A stretch of DNA of 64,000 nt. It comes from a virus (taxonomy: Duplodnaviria; Caudoviricetes). The notes beneath the pieces are model-generated. The model did not search any database. It was not told the DNA's origin and saw only the letters and a list, made by a program, of their open reading frames with translations. Made by a program: the position numbers and the translations under genes. This document shows, in pieces, positions 9,121 through 19,175 of this stretch. Where the stretch lies: IMG/VR virus record IMGVR_UViG_2858943916_000002, positions 1-64,000 of that record; one strand, given 5' to 3'. Position 1 is the first letter of the stretch, and each line of letters begins with the position of its first letter.

Positions 9121-9785
9121 CAGTGAATTTCCCGCGCCAGCACGCCGGCGCCAAAACCGTAGAAACCCTGCTCACGAAAGCCAAATGGTTTTTCCGTTGA
9201 GCCGGAGATAATTTGCACACCCACGCCAGCCGCCGCCGGCACCCACTTGTAGGGATTGACCATCAGCGGGTCGTTCGGCCCCGGAATCCGGCTCACCCAG
9301 ATGCGGATCTTCGCGTTGCCGGCGTCCTGCACCACCACGTTGTTGACGTCGAAAATCGGCTTGAGCGAGGCCATGATTTCGGGCGTCGTGCCGTGGCCGT
9401 TGTTCAAGGCGATCTTCCAATACAGCAGCTTTCGGTACTCGGCATCGAGCAGCCGGGTCGAGCCGGCCACCGACCGCTCGTTGGCTCGGCGCAAGCGCAC
9501 TTCCCCAAAGCCGCCAACATTTGGCTGCCCGGCAAAGCCGAAGAACCGCACATAGATCGCGTCATCGATCATGCGTGGCAGCCCGACGATTTCGCCAATG
9601 CCGTCGAGCTGCCGCCCCTCGGCCGTATCCAGCCAGCGCTGCTCATACATGGCGAACAAGGCGCCCTGCAGGCCGTCGGCCGGCTTCAGCAACGCCTTGA
9701 CCAAGGCTTCAAGCCTCGGCTTGCCTTGGAACTGGCCCAGCCAGTGGGACCAAGCGATGCCGGCATGGTCTTGCTGCAGATCCAT
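9120..9785 (-). CDS. baseplate wedge protein (DUF2612-like)
   Basis: LDTAEG.QLD.IG.IVG..R; L.D..YRKLL..K. Confidence 0.85.
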   Translation of the reverse strand: MDLQQDHAGIAWSHWLGQFQGKPRLEALVKALLKPADGLQGALFAMYEQRWLDTAEGRQLDGIGEIVGLPRMIDDAIYVRFFGFAGQPNVGGFGEVRLRRANERSVAGSTRLLDAEYRKLLYWKIALNNGHGTTPEIMASLKPIFDVNNVVVQDAGNAKIRIWVSRIPGPNDPLMVNPYKWVPAAAGVGVQIISGSTEKPFGFREQGFYGFGAGVLAREIH

Positions 9786-11236
9786 CAGGTCACCTTGATG
9801 CGAGTTTGGTCAAACACGGCCACCTGGGAATCCAGGATGTCGATGTTGGACGTGGTGTAGTCGGCCTGGCGGGGAACGAAAGCCGGATCGGTGGAATGGG
9901 CCAGCCGCAGATCCACCGTGGCGATGCCCGGCGTGCGGTAGATCGCGCCGAAGAGCCGCTGGCGGATCACGTCGTCCCCGATCGAGAAGCCATCTCCCGC
10001 CGCGGCGAGACTTGCCGTGATCGCGTCGAATCCATCCGGCGGGAACGCCTGTTCAGAGGGCGGCAGCAGCGTCACCGCGCACCACACCCAGACAAAGACC
10101 CGTTGCGGCCGGTCGAACTGGATGGGATGCCGGGCGCCTTGCTTGTCGGTCACAACGGCGCGCGTCGCCCCATGGGTATCGATGCCGCCCCCTTTGGTCC
10201 AAAAGATCGCCTGGGCGACTTCGTCATCCAGGCCGCCGTCCACGACCACATGGATGCAATGCGGCGGCCGACCTGCCGCGTCAACGTCGTCGCTGGTGTT
10301 CTGGAACACACGCAGCGCCCGCACGCCAGGCACTTGATCCCGGATGTTGGGCGCGAGGCTTGGGAGGGTCGCGGCACCGAGGCGGAACAAACCGGTGGGA
10401 TATCGTGCTCGCAGCGCGGCGTCATTCTCAGCCAAGCGACCCGGGACGCCGGCTTGTAGGTTCTCCACCGCATCCCAACCATCCACGGCCGTCACGATGC
10501 CGTTCAAGTCGCCTGGCGCGGCCGCTTCTTCCGACGGGTCGGCCGAAACCGCCAGCGCCGGCGAACCCAGGCGTACCAGGTCCAAGGTCGGCGACCAGGT
10601 GACAGCGCGCGCCACTCGGCCATCGGTTCGAAGGCGAATAGCCGCGCCGTCGCTGGAAACGGCCAGGCCAGTAGACGCCAACGCGGCCACCAGACCGGCC
10701 AGGATCACCGGCAGGTTGGTGGTAGGCCCCGAAGTGTAAGAATAGGCGTGGCCATCGACGGCCACCTCGTACAACGACGCGGGCGTAACCACGGGTCGCA
10801 GCCAGACATCCGCGGCGGCGGTTCTGCGGATCTGCGCATCCCCGGCGAGCGCCCAGAGGTTCTGGCTGACCCGGTGGCGCACCAGAACGCCGGCGGGAAC
10901 GGCTGTCCCCTCGGTCCCATATAGGACGACATAGGCTCGCGCCTGCTGATCGGGCTGCCGTGTCACCCCGGTGAAGGCAACCGACCGATCCAGTGACACG
11001 CCGATAGCCGAGCCGGGATACATCGACAGGTAAACACCCTCCATCTGCTCCCAGAGGGCCGCCGCTCGCTCGGCGAAGGTGTCGATCAGCAGGCCGATGA
11101 CACTGTCTGGCCGCGTTTCGACGGCGTCGTTTACGCCTGCCGCCCTCAACCGGGCGCGCAGGTCTTCGATGATTTCCTGCCGGATTTCAGGCAGGCGCAT
11201 GCGGACGAACCCGTCCGGCGTGAGACCGTAGGCCAT
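9785..11236 (-). CDS. baseplate J-like protein
   Basis: MAYGLTPDGF start; GW..V.N; E.DAALR.R; PPHCIHVVVDGG. Confidence 0.9.
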   Translation of the reverse strand: MAYGLTPDGFVRMRLPEIRQEIIEDLRARLRAAGVNDAVETRPDSVIGLLIDTFAERAAALWEQMEGVYLSMYPGSAIGVSLDRSVAFTGVTRQPDQQARAYVVLYGTEGTAVPAGVLVRHRVSQNLWALAGDAQIRRTAAADVWLRPVVTPASLYEVAVDGHAYSYTSGPTTNLPVILAGLVAALASTGLAVSSDGAAIRLRTDGRVARAVTWSPTLDLVRLGSPALAVSADPSEEAAAPGDLNGIVTAVDGWDAVENLQAGVPGRLAENDAALRARYPTGLFRLGAATLPSLAPNIRDQVPGVRALRVFQNTSDDVDAAGRPPHCIHVVVDGGLDDEVAQAIFWTKGGGIDTHGATRAVVTDKQGARHPIQFDRPQRVFVWVWCAVTLLPPSEQAFPPDGFDAITASLAAAGDGFSIGDDVIRQRLFGAIYRTPGIATVDLRLAHSTDPAFVPRQADYTTSNIDILDSQVAVFDQTRIKVT

Positions 11237-11257
11237 GGACTACTCAAGAAAATGGGT

Positions 11258-11626
11258 TCAGGGGCGATGCAGGTCGACTACCTGGGCAAGCAGGCCCGCC
11301 GATGTGTCGGCCTCGTAGGAGACGCGCAGAAGCCGCTGGCCGTGGTCGACTTCCAGCCCCAGGCGCCGGACGCGGGACACGCCGGGGACCTCACCGATCC
11401 GTGCGCGAAACGCAGCCTCGACCGCGGCTCGATTGGGGGCCTTTACCAGGACTTCCTCGAAGTACGGCACGCCGAAGCTGGTATCGAGGAACCACTCGCC
11501 CAGGAAGGCCAGCAGCGTCACCTTGATCTGTTGCGCCACCTTGGCGGCGCCGTCGATCAGCGAAGCGCGGCCGACAAGGTCCAGCGCCAGGTCATGGTCG
11601 TCGGACAGTGCAAGATCGATCGTCAT
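11258..11626 (-). CDS. baseplate gp25/W-like protein
   Basis: VAQQIKVTL..FLGEWFLD..FGVPY. Confidence 0.85.
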   Translation of the reverse strand: MTIDLALSDDHDLALDLVGRASLIDGAAKVAQQIKVTLLAFLGEWFLDTSFGVPYFEEVLVKAPNRAAVEAAFRARIGEVPGVSRVRRLGLEVDHGQRLLRVSYEADTSAGLLAQVVDLHRP

Positions 11627-12324
11627 CAGACAGGTTTCTCCGTCATTCCGCCCATGCCGTTGGGATGCACGTGCGTGGCGCCCACGTCCTTGCCGTCATG
11701 AGTAAGGTGGCCGCCCTCGAACGCCACACCGCCTCGGACGGTCATCGATGCGCCGCCCTCGCCTCCTTCACCGGACAATCCCTGCGTGTACCGTAGCGGC
11801 CCGTTCACGGTCAGCGGCGTGTTGAACGTCGTCTGCTCGGCCTGCACGGTCCAGGAGGACACCACGAAGCTCAGTGCGCCGGTGGGCGACAGCTTCATCG
11901 AGGCCTGGCCGTACTGAATGCTCAGATTCTCGGTATCGGCCCTGGCGATTCCCGGCCGCACCACGGGGCTGGCGAACGCATCCGACAGATCGAACTGGCG
12001 GGGATCGTCGGGCGGCCCGTCCTCGCCGGACAGCCAGTTTTCGATAGAACGGGCCGAAAACGACAGCGTGATCGGGTCGCCCGGCTTGAGCGGGACGGAT
12101 ATGAGCGCCTGCGCGCCGTTCACGTCCCCGGTGAACCACCTGACCGGCACCCGGACGATCTGGGGTGGTGTCAGGACTTCGCCGTTTGCTAGGCGCTTGG
12201 CCAGGGCCGGGCGCGCGGTCACCGTGACGCCGTCATAGGACACGACTTCCCCCGGAAGAGTCGTGTACACGTCCGCCAGCTCGGCGTCGATCAGGGCCCG
12301 CAGCCCTGCGATCGGGTTTTTCAT
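11626..12324 (-). CDS. baseplate spike protein (Gp138-like N-terminus)
   Basis: TLPGEVVSYD..VP...R.FDLSDA; C-terminal THVHP metal-binding tip. Confidence 0.85.
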   Translation of the reverse strand: MKNPIAGLRALIDAELADVYTTLPGEVVSYDGVTVTARPALAKRLANGEVLTPPQIVRVPVRWFTGDVNGAQALISVPLKPGDPITLSFSARSIENWLSGEDGPPDDPRQFDLSDAFASPVVRPGIARADTENLSIQYGQASMKLSPTGALSFVVSSWTVQAEQTTFNTPLTVNGPLRYTQGLSGEGGEGGASMTVRGGVAFEGGHLTHDGKDVGATHVHPNGMGGMTEKPV

Positions 12325-13238
12325 GTCTTTCTCTTCTCACGATGCGGCAGATGCGGATCGACCAGCTGCAGCTCGGATTGCCAGTCGCCACCGGCGCTGT
12401 CGCCATAGTGACGCACCGCCTCCACCCGCTGGAAAGCCTGTACCGTGCGGCTCTCCAGTTTGACCAGGTCGCCAGGATTGATCGTAGGCAGCAACAACGA
12501 GGTCACGCGCCAGCCGTCGAGCTGCTGGCGGGCGCTGACCAGACGCACGTCGTCGTTTGTCTGGCGGTCACGCACACGGGCTTTTTCGCGAGCCGCCTCA
12601 CGCGTGCGCTCCGGATAGCCGATCAATCCCGTGTCGGCCGCCAGCACCACCGCCTTGCGACGGGTCGTTCCGCGCCGGCCCACAACCTGCACCTGCTGGT
12701 TCTGGATCGACCATTCCAGGCCGGTTCCCTGCGTCACTTTGTGCAGCGCGGTGCGGGCGGCTCCGTAGAACGAAAACCCCTGCTGCCACCGGCGGTCGGG
12801 CACGTCGTCGGCCATCACCAGGGGCAATCCCATCTGGCGCGCCACATCCCGGATGATGGCGCTGGCCTGTGCGCCCGCCCCCAGGCCAATCGAGACGGCG
12901 GTGTCCCGCACCTCGGTGTAGCCGTCCTTCACGGCAAGCTCCGTCACCACATCCGGCAGTTCGTACCAGGTGTAGACGTAAACCACGCTGCCCGACGCCA
13001 TCAACAGCGGCCCGCCCTCTTCGGCATAGCCGGCGTACAGCACGCAGCGCAAACCCGGCTCTTCCAGCGCCCGGCGAGTGTCCGCGGCCAGGTTGTAGAT
13101 CCTGATCTTGTGGTCGTTGGGCTCTTCCTGGGCGTCCTTGCTGACTTCGAAGGTGACCCGCATGGGCTGCCGGATCTCCAGCCCCTTCTGGTTGGGCTTG
13201 CCCACCAGCAGGCGGTACACGCGATCAAACCGCGCCAT
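12321..13238 (-). CDS. baseplate hub protein
   Basis: MARFDRVYRLLVG; ..KIRIYNL...; GLIGYP; LLPTINPGDLV. Confidence 0.8.
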   Translation of the reverse strand: MARFDRVYRLLVGKPNQKGLEIRQPMRVTFEVSKDAQEEPNDHKIRIYNLAADTRRALEEPGLRCVLYAGYAEEGGPLLMASGSVVYVYTWYELPDVVTELAVKDGYTEVRDTAVSIGLGAGAQASAIIRDVARQMGLPLVMADDVPDRRWQQGFSFYGAARTALHKVTQGTGLEWSIQNQQVQVVGRRGTTRRKAVVLAADTGLIGYPERTREAAREKARVRDRQTNDDVRLVSARQQLDGWRVTSLLLPTINPGDLVKLESRTVQAFQRVEAVRHYGDSAGGDWQSELQLVDPHLPHREKRKT

Positions 13239-13557
13239 GGGCCACCTCAGCCGCCTCGACGTACACCAGCGCCACCTTGCCGGCGGGCAAAGCCTCCCGG
13301 TCGATTGCATCGCGCCGGTCGGGCGCCAGCGCCACCAGCTCGCCGGCCGGCACCGCCAAGTGCCGATACAGCGCCAGCAACGGCGTATCGGGCACAACGG
13401 CGATGCCGCCGACGATCACCTCGTTGTAGGCGTTCTCGATGGACAGCGTCCACCGTTCGGCCTCGCTGTTCCAGGACAGGCCCAGAAAGAACGTGACGCC
13501 GTCCAGCTCTACCTCGGTGAGGCTGTCATTGGCATCGAGGATCGGTATCTGCAACAT
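13225..13557 (-). CDS. small baseplate/tail protein (110 aa)
   Basis: conserved position between Dit-like and hub genes; L.WNSE..RW.L. Confidence 0.75.
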   Translation of the reverse strand: MLQIPILDANDSLTEVELDGVTFFLGLSWNSEAERWTLSIENAYNEVIVGGIAVVPDTPLLALYRHLAVPAGELVALAPDRRDAIDREALPAGKVALVYVEAAEVAHGAV

Positions 13558-13561
13558 CGCT

Positions 13562-14182
13562 TCATTTCCCGAAGATGACCTGTTTGACTTTGCCGATGAG
13601 CTGGCCGGTATCGCTCTTGAGCACCGACACTTCCTTGGGGGTCGCCTTGCCGGCGTTGGTCTTGGTGGCGTCTGCCTTGCCCTTCACGCTGCCCTTGACC
13701 TTTTCGGGCGTGATCACGGCCTGGCGCATCGCGACCTTGCGGATCTTCCGGAAGTCCGCGCTGATACTGAACCGCTCGCCGTCCTCGTTGTTGCGGTCGA
13801 TATCGCACCGCTCCATGACGAACCCGACATAGACATCCAAGCCGGTCACGACGGTCACTGGCAGCCGGTCTGCGTGGATCTTGCGCAGTGCCTCTTTGGC
13901 CCCGATCAGCTTGGAGCGGCCGCCTCCGCCATGGCCGCCAATGCGCGAAGCGATTGTCTTCATCCCGCCCAGCAACGAGGCTTCCGCCGCCGTCACCCAA
14001 CCTTCCAGGGTAAGCAGCTCGGATTCCTGGACGACGTGGTCGGTCACCGGCGGGCCGTCCTCGACCGGATACTCCGTCGCCCGGCTGTTGAGCGAGGTTC
14101 TCTCGCTGATCAGGGCGTCCAGGGGCAGCACTCCGATACTGCTCCCCCCGCCCCATCCGAACACCATCGACACGAAGCTCAT
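13562..14182 (-). CDS. Dit-like tail/baseplate protein
   Basis: TEYPVEDG..VTDHV...L.LEG; follows tape measure. Confidence 0.8.
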   Translation of the reverse strand: MSFVSMVFGWGGGSSIGVLPLDALISERTSLNSRATEYPVEDGPPVTDHVVQESELLTLEGWVTAAEASLLGGMKTIASRIGGHGGGGRSKLIGAKEALRKIHADRLPVTVVTGLDVYVGFVMERCDIDRNNEDGERFSISADFRKIRKVAMRQAVITPEKVKGSVKGKADATKTNAGKATPKEVSVLKSDTGQLIGKVKQVIFGK

Positions 14183-14195
14183 CTCGGCTCTACCC

Positions 14196-16658
14196 CTATC
14201 TTGCAGCTTCCACGCCCGTATGAAAGTCCAGGAACGCTGCCAGGCGGTCAATGCTGCGCCGCTGGGTGTTGGCCAGGCCGCGCGCGGTCGCGCCGGCAAC
14301 CGCACCCGGATCAGCGCCAGGCGCGTTGACCGTGGTTTCGTTGTGGATCTCTACGGTCATAGGCCCTCGCCCACCAGGCGCTCCGGCGCGGACGGCAGCG
14401 CCGGCCGACACGAGCGGAACACCCGCGCCGGCGGCGACCGCCTGCCAGACAGCCTTATTGCCCAGCAGTTCTTTGGGGGCAGCCATGGCGGCCTTCTGGT
14501 CGTCGGGCAGCATGTCCCCCGGCAGCAGCCGCTCCAGCCACTTAGCCGCCGCTTCGACCTTGTCGGTAATCCACTTGGTGATGGCGGCCCCGATCTCCTG
14601 GATCTTGGCGATCATGCGACCGCCGATATCCTCGAAGAACTTCCACAAGCCGCTGAAGGCGTTGCGCCAATGCGCGATCGCGCCGTCCCAGTCGCCGGTG
14701 AACAGAGCAACGACGCCCCTCACCAGCCCCACCCAGAACGTCCACAATGCGTCGATGTACTCGAGGACCGGATCGAAGAAGGTGCTTTTGGCTTTGCTCC
14801 GCAGCCAGTTCCAGGCGTCACCCAGGGCCTTATTGATCTGATCCCAGTACTTCCAGATCAGCCACAGGCCGCCGATGACGAGCGCTGCGATGCGGCCCCA
14901 CGGCGTCATCACGAAGGCACGCCATAGCATTGGCACTACCCGCGTCGCCAAGAACACGAACACATCGCGGACCACGCCCAGGACCCACAAAAACCCTCGG
15001 AAGATCTTCCACAGCCCGTAGGCCATGATCAGGATCGTGCCGAGCCCCTTGAGCCAGGGCTTGAGGTCCTTGCCGGCTCCGCCGAGCATGTCCTTGATCT
15101 GTATGAGGAAAGTCTTGACCGTTTGGATCTCGTCCTTCCACTCCTCCACCGGGCCGATCAGGTCGCCCAGCATCGAGTCACCGCCCCGATACCAAACGCC
15201 GATGTCGTCCATCAACAGGTAGATCGTGTACAGCAGCGCGGCCATGCGGAGCATCGGCACGAGCGCGCGGTTCCAGAGGGCGAGCATCCGTCGGGCGCCG
15301 GCGGGGCCGCGGCGTAGCGCCATGGCCGTATCCAGCCCGATCGCCGCGCGCGTGGCGGAGACCAGCGAACGGATAAGACCGCCAGATTGCACCGTGGCCA
15401 ACCGAAGCCAAGCCCGCAGCTTCACCAACCCCCAGGCGCCGCCGGTCAGGGCCAGCAGGCCGACCACCGTCTGGACGTGGTCGGCCAGGAACTCAATGGC
15501 GCGGGTGACAGCCAGCACCGCCTGGCGCCCGAGCCAGGCCTGCCCCCAGAACCGCTGAAAGGCGTTGTTCCAGACCGTCATGGCGTCCGCCATGGTCACG
15601 GGCATGTCCTGCGCCTCGATGCGCATCTTCACCAGTTGCGACTGGAGCGCCGGCAGGAACCTGTCGCTGGTGAGGCGGCCAGCCTTCACCTGCTCGAGCA
15701 GCTTGTCCGTGGTCAGGCCCAGCCCGTCCGCCAGCGCCACCTGCAGGCGAGGCGCCGCCCGCATCAGCGTGCTGTACTGGTGCATGGCCAGCTTGCCCTG
15801 CATGATCGCGGTGGTCAGCGAGGCGATGACCGATTCCTGGTCCTGCGCCTTGGTGCTGGACAGCGCCATCCCCAGCGCCAGGCCTTCCGTCACGTCCACC
15901 GTGTCCTGGGTGCTTTTGCCCAGGTCGGCCATGGTGCGGCGCGTGCGGACGAACAGCTCGGCGTTGGACTCGTACGATTTGTAGGTCAGGCGGGCCACGC
16001 GGGCCAATTGTTGGTCGACCTCCGAGTACTCCTGCGCCGAAGCGGTCGCTTGGCGCATGCGGGCCTCCATCTGGCCCCACGCATCGATGTCGCTGAAGAT
16101 CCGCCGGACGACGGCCACGCCGAAGACCGTGCCGACGATCTTGCGCAGGCCCGAGAAGGCACCGGCCTGCTCCTTGATTACGCGCACGCCCTGCCATTGC
16201 GCGCGGGTCATGCGTTCCTGAGCCTGACGGGCATCCTGAATGCCCAGGCGAATGCCCTCCCAGGTGCCGATTCCGATTTCCCGAACCGTGTGCAGGCCGC
16301 TGCGCGCCTTGGCCATGAAGGTGCCGTAGGCGGCCTGAACCTGCCCAATCCGAGCTCGCGCATCCGCGACGTTGACCGGAAAAGCCGATGCCGCCCCAAC
16401 GCCAGCAACAGCCGCAGCCGCGCCACGAGGTACTGACGGCAGGCCTACGGACGTCGGCGTGCTCACGGCTGGCGTGGGTACGGCTGCGGGTCGCAGGGTC
16501 GCAGCCTGCCGTAAGCTCTCTCGCATGCGTTGCACGGCGGATTCGGTGACCCGTGCAATGGTGTCCTGGACCTCCGCGTAGGCCTGCTGGTACCGCTGCA
16601 GACCCGAATCGTCCACCTCGTACCGCAGGAGGGTCACCAGCTCGCGAACTACATTCAT
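14196..16658 (-). CDS. tape measure protein (820 aa)
   Basis: long Ala-rich helical ORF with tape-measure motif (YESNAELF..QLQVALADGL) and hydrophobic middle. Confidence 0.92.
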   Translation of the reverse strand: MNVVRELVTLLRYEVDDSGLQRYQQAYAEVQDTIARVTESAVQRMRESLRQAATLRPAAVPTPAVSTPTSVGLPSVPRGAAAAVAGVGAASAFPVNVADARARIGQVQAAYGTFMAKARSGLHTVREIGIGTWEGIRLGIQDARQAQERMTRAQWQGVRVIKEQAGAFSGLRKIVGTVFGVAVVRRIFSDIDAWGQMEARMRQATASAQEYSEVDQQLARVARLTYKSYESNAELFVRTRRTMADLGKSTQDTVDVTEGLALGMALSSTKAQDQESVIASLTTAIMQGKLAMHQYSTLMRAAPRLQVALADGLGLTTDKLLEQVKAGRLTSDRFLPALQSQLVKMRIEAQDMPVTMADAMTVWNNAFQRFWGQAWLGRQAVLAVTRAIEFLADHVQTVVGLLALTGGAWGLVKLRAWLRLATVQSGGLIRSLVSATRAAIGLDTAMALRRGPAGARRMLALWNRALVPMLRMAALLYTIYLLMDDIGVWYRGGDSMLGDLIGPVEEWKDEIQTVKTFLIQIKDMLGGAGKDLKPWLKGLGTILIMAYGLWKIFRGFLWVLGVVRDVFVFLATRVVPMLWRAFVMTPWGRIAALVIGGLWLIWKYWDQINKALGDAWNWLRSKAKSTFFDPVLEYIDALWTFWVGLVRGVVALFTGDWDGAIAHWRNAFSGLWKFFEDIGGRMIAKIQEIGAAITKWITDKVEAAAKWLERLLPGDMLPDDQKAAMAAPKELLGNKAVWQAVAAGAGVPLVSAGAAVRAGAPGGRGPMTVEIHNETTVNAPGADPGAVAGATARGLANTQRRSIDRLAAFLDFHTGVEAAR

Positions 16659-16882
16659 CGGTCTTTCCTATTGGCTTGGGCCTGTTGGGCTTCCTGCGCG
16701 TCCATCAGGGCGTTCAGCTTCAGGATGTCCAGTAGGTCCACATGCCCTTGGCGCACGGCGTCGAGGCTGATGTGGCCGGCCAGGATCGGCCGCCAGATGA
16801 TCAGCTCTCGCTCAAAGTCGGGGCGGAAGACGCCGACAGATTCCCCAGCTTCCCGCGGGCCAGACCAAAGCGGCTGGCCCAA
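16655..16882 (-). CDS. post-frameshift (T-like) segment of tail assembly chaperone
   Basis: -1 frame relative to upstream chaperone; WRPILAGHISL..DLLDILKLNAL. Confidence 0.65.
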   Translation of the reverse strand: MGQPLWSGPREAGESVGVFRPDFERELIIWRPILAGHISLDAVRQGHVDLLDILKLNALMDAQEAQQAQANRKDR

Positions 16883-17310
16883 CGCGCCAAAGGGCCGGCG
16901 AAGTTATGCATCAGGACGTGGTACATGAGCTCCAGGATTTCGGAGAAGTCCTGGAACGCCAGCCCGCGATGGGCGTCGGTGAGCTTTTGAGGCTCGCGGC
17001 CCTCGAGCTCGAAGCTGACGTTGTCGGGGCCGACCAGCAGACCAAACCACTTCTGCAGCTCGTCGCCGCCCAGGCGGCTGGACAGATGTCGCAGGGCTTG
17101 CATGACGGCCTGCTCGTCCCGCAGTGTGGCCTCGCCAGCACCAGCCGAGCCGTCGCTCGCCCGGCCACCCACGACGGCGCCAAACAGCGAGCCAGCAGCC
17201 GGCAAGACCTCCTTCTGCAAATCGCCCAACAACTTGAGCTGGGTGGATGCGTCGAACTTGAGGATATGGAAAGTGGTGGTTCCAATGGGAACCGACAGCG
17301 TGCGGCTCAT
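16801..17310 (-). CDS. tail assembly chaperone (G-like)
   Basis: between tube and tape measure genes. Confidence 0.8.
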   Translation of the reverse strand: MSRTLSVPIGTTTFHILKFDASTQLKLLGDLQKEVLPAAGSLFGAVVGGRASDGSAGAGEATLRDEQAVMQALRHLSSRLGGDELQKWFGLLVGPDNVSFELEGREPQKLTDAHRGLAFQDFSEILELMYHVLMHNFAGPLARWASRFGLARGKLGNLSASSAPTLSES

Positions 17311-17738
17311 CAGCTATTGCCTCCGATGACGTTGATGGAAGGCCCCGTTTCGATCACCCATTCACGGGTGCCGACCTTGGCGCCGTAGCCGGCTTCGGGG
17401 CTTTTGACGATCCAGGCGGAATCCGAGGCGTGCAGCGACTTGCCCCGCAGGTCGGTCACCGCCACAGGCACGGCGCCGTCGCCGTCGGTCGCCTTGTCGG
17501 CCTGGTGCAAGGCCGACAGAAGCGCGTTGCTGGCGCTGGTTTGCAACAGCGTCACGGTGATGCGCAGGCGCGTGTCGCGCGACATGGCGCGGGCCACCTC
17601 ACCATCGACGCCCGAAACCGAGGTGATTCCCTCGCCGATCTCGGCCACGGTGACAAAGGTGTCTTCGGCCAGGCCGCTGAGCGCGATCGCGCCCATCACG
17701 ATCTTTACCCGGCTCGGGGCATAGCTTTTTACGGACAT
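17310..17738 (-). CDS. tail tube protein (DUF3277-like)
   Basis: YAPSRV...SGLAEDTFV..GVDGEVAR..ITVTLLQTS.SN. Confidence 0.88.
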   Translation of the reverse strand: MSVKSYAPSRVKIVMGAIALSGLAEDTFVTVAEIGEGITSVSGVDGEVARAMSRDTRLRITVTLLQTSASNALLSALHQADKATDGDGAVPVAVTDLRGKSLHASDSAWIVKSPEAGYGAKVGTREWVIETGPSINVIGGNS

Positions 17739-17753
17739 GCTCAGGTGCTCCGC

Positions 17754-19112
17754 TTAGATTTGTTGATAGGTCAGGTTGCCCTTGATATCGGCAACATGAA
17801 TGGCACCGGCCAGGCGAGCGCTGAACTTGAGGTCGCGCAGGACACGGTTGGCCTTGTCATTGGCGGGAATGTTCATCGACAGCGGCGCCGAGATCACAAA
17901 GCCCGGGATGATCTTGCCGGCGGCGTCGACCTCGTCGGGCGCCACCAGGCCGCGGGCCTGGGCCAGCATCAGGGCCTTGCGCACGCCGGCCACCAGAACC
18001 TGGATACCGTCGTCGGTGAACGGCACCTTGCCGGGTGCGTTGACGAGCTGGGTGGCCACCTCGATCTTGACCTGCTCGGCCAGCCAGTCGCGGCCGCGGA
18101 TGACGTCGATCCACTCGCCCGCGGCCACCTTGCCGTTCTGAGTCACGGCGAAGCTGCGCATCTGCTCGAAGGTGTTGGCGTTCTTGGCGTGCGCCGCCAG
18201 CGCCTGGCCCTCGGCCAGCCCGTCGTAGGTGATGCCGGCCAGGCGCGCGTTGGCCCAGGTTTCCCCGCCCGGGTAAAACGTGAAGCGGTTTGCCGCCACC
18301 GCCGCATCCAGTGCCTCGCTGTCGGCCTTACCGTGAAACCAGACATGCGTGCGGAAATACTGCTTCTGCTGGCATTTCGAGGCCAGGTCGTCGGTGACGG
18401 CGGCGTCGAGGATGCCAGCCTGGGCGCTGGAAACGCCGAACAGCCGACCATTGGATTCGACCCATTCGGCTGCATCCAGGATGTCGGCCTCCTTGCGGCT
18501 GGCCAGCGCAACGCCGTACCAATCGGCATTTTCCTTGCTGCATGCGGCCAGGGCAGCGGTCGGCGTCTCCGAGCTGGTCGCGATACCCACCGACAGATTG
18601 CCCTTGACCGCGACCGCCACCGCGGTACCGGAGTCCTTTGCCGTAATGGAGATTTCCGAGCCGACAGAGGTCGGCGACACCGGCGCGCCGCCTGCGACGA
18701 TGGCCTGCACCAAACCGGCGGCGATCGTCGCAGGCGTGCTGTCGGCCAGGCCGGTGAACTTGGACGCCACCGACTGGACGTTGCCATCCTGACCTCGCCA
18801 GGACAACGTAATCGCATAATCGCTGGTGTTCGCCCGCGTGACCGTGACGCGCGAGGTCTCCACATGGCGCCGGCCGACGAAGACTCGCGGCACGGTCGGG
18901 ATTTGCTTGAAAGCGTCGCGCACGGCGATGTACAGCGGGTCGGCCTGGCTCAGGCCCAGCTCCAGCAGTTCGGCCGCCTCCGAGACGACCAGGATGCGGC
19001 CGACCGCCAGCGCGTGCGCGCCCAGCACCAGGATGTCCGAGAAATTCTGCTGCTTGATCGCGGTGGTGTTCAGAGAGATCGCCACATTGACGATCCGTTC
19101 AAGGTTTGCCAT
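17754..19112 (-). CDS. tail sheath protein (DUF3383-like)
   Basis: IVNVAISL start; GEWIDVIRGRDWL..KVPFTDDGI. Confidence 0.9.
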   Translation of the reverse strand: MANLERIVNVAISLNTTAIKQQNFSDILVLGAHALAVGRILVVSEAAELLELGLSQADPLYIAVRDAFKQIPTVPRVFVGRRHVETSRVTVTRANTSDYAITLSWRGQDGNVQSVASKFTGLADSTPATIAAGLVQAIVAGGAPVSPTSVGSEISITAKDSGTAVAVAVKGNLSVGIATSSETPTAALAACSKENADWYGVALASRKEADILDAAEWVESNGRLFGVSSAQAGILDAAVTDDLASKCQQKQYFRTHVWFHGKADSEALDAAVAANRFTFYPGGETWANARLAGITYDGLAEGQALAAHAKNANTFEQMRSFAVTQNGKVAAGEWIDVIRGRDWLAEQVKIEVATQLVNAPGKVPFTDDGIQVLVAGVRKALMLAQARGLVAPDEVDAAGKIIPGFVISAPLSMNIPANDKANRVLRDLKFSARLAGAIHVADIKGNLTYQQI

Positions 19113-19175
19113 GCGTGGCTCCAGTAAAAAAGCCGCTTGCAAGGCGGCCAGGTGGCAAAGGGGAAGCGGCCGCGC

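Noticed and set aside
7202-16436. Many 200-380-aa plus-strand ORFs over the tail module
   Set aside because: Arg/Ala/Pro-rich shadows expected in high-GC coding DNA
17430-19127. 565-aa plus-strand ORF
   Set aside because: In-register antisense shadow of the high-GC sheath and tube genes; no coupling or RBS evidence
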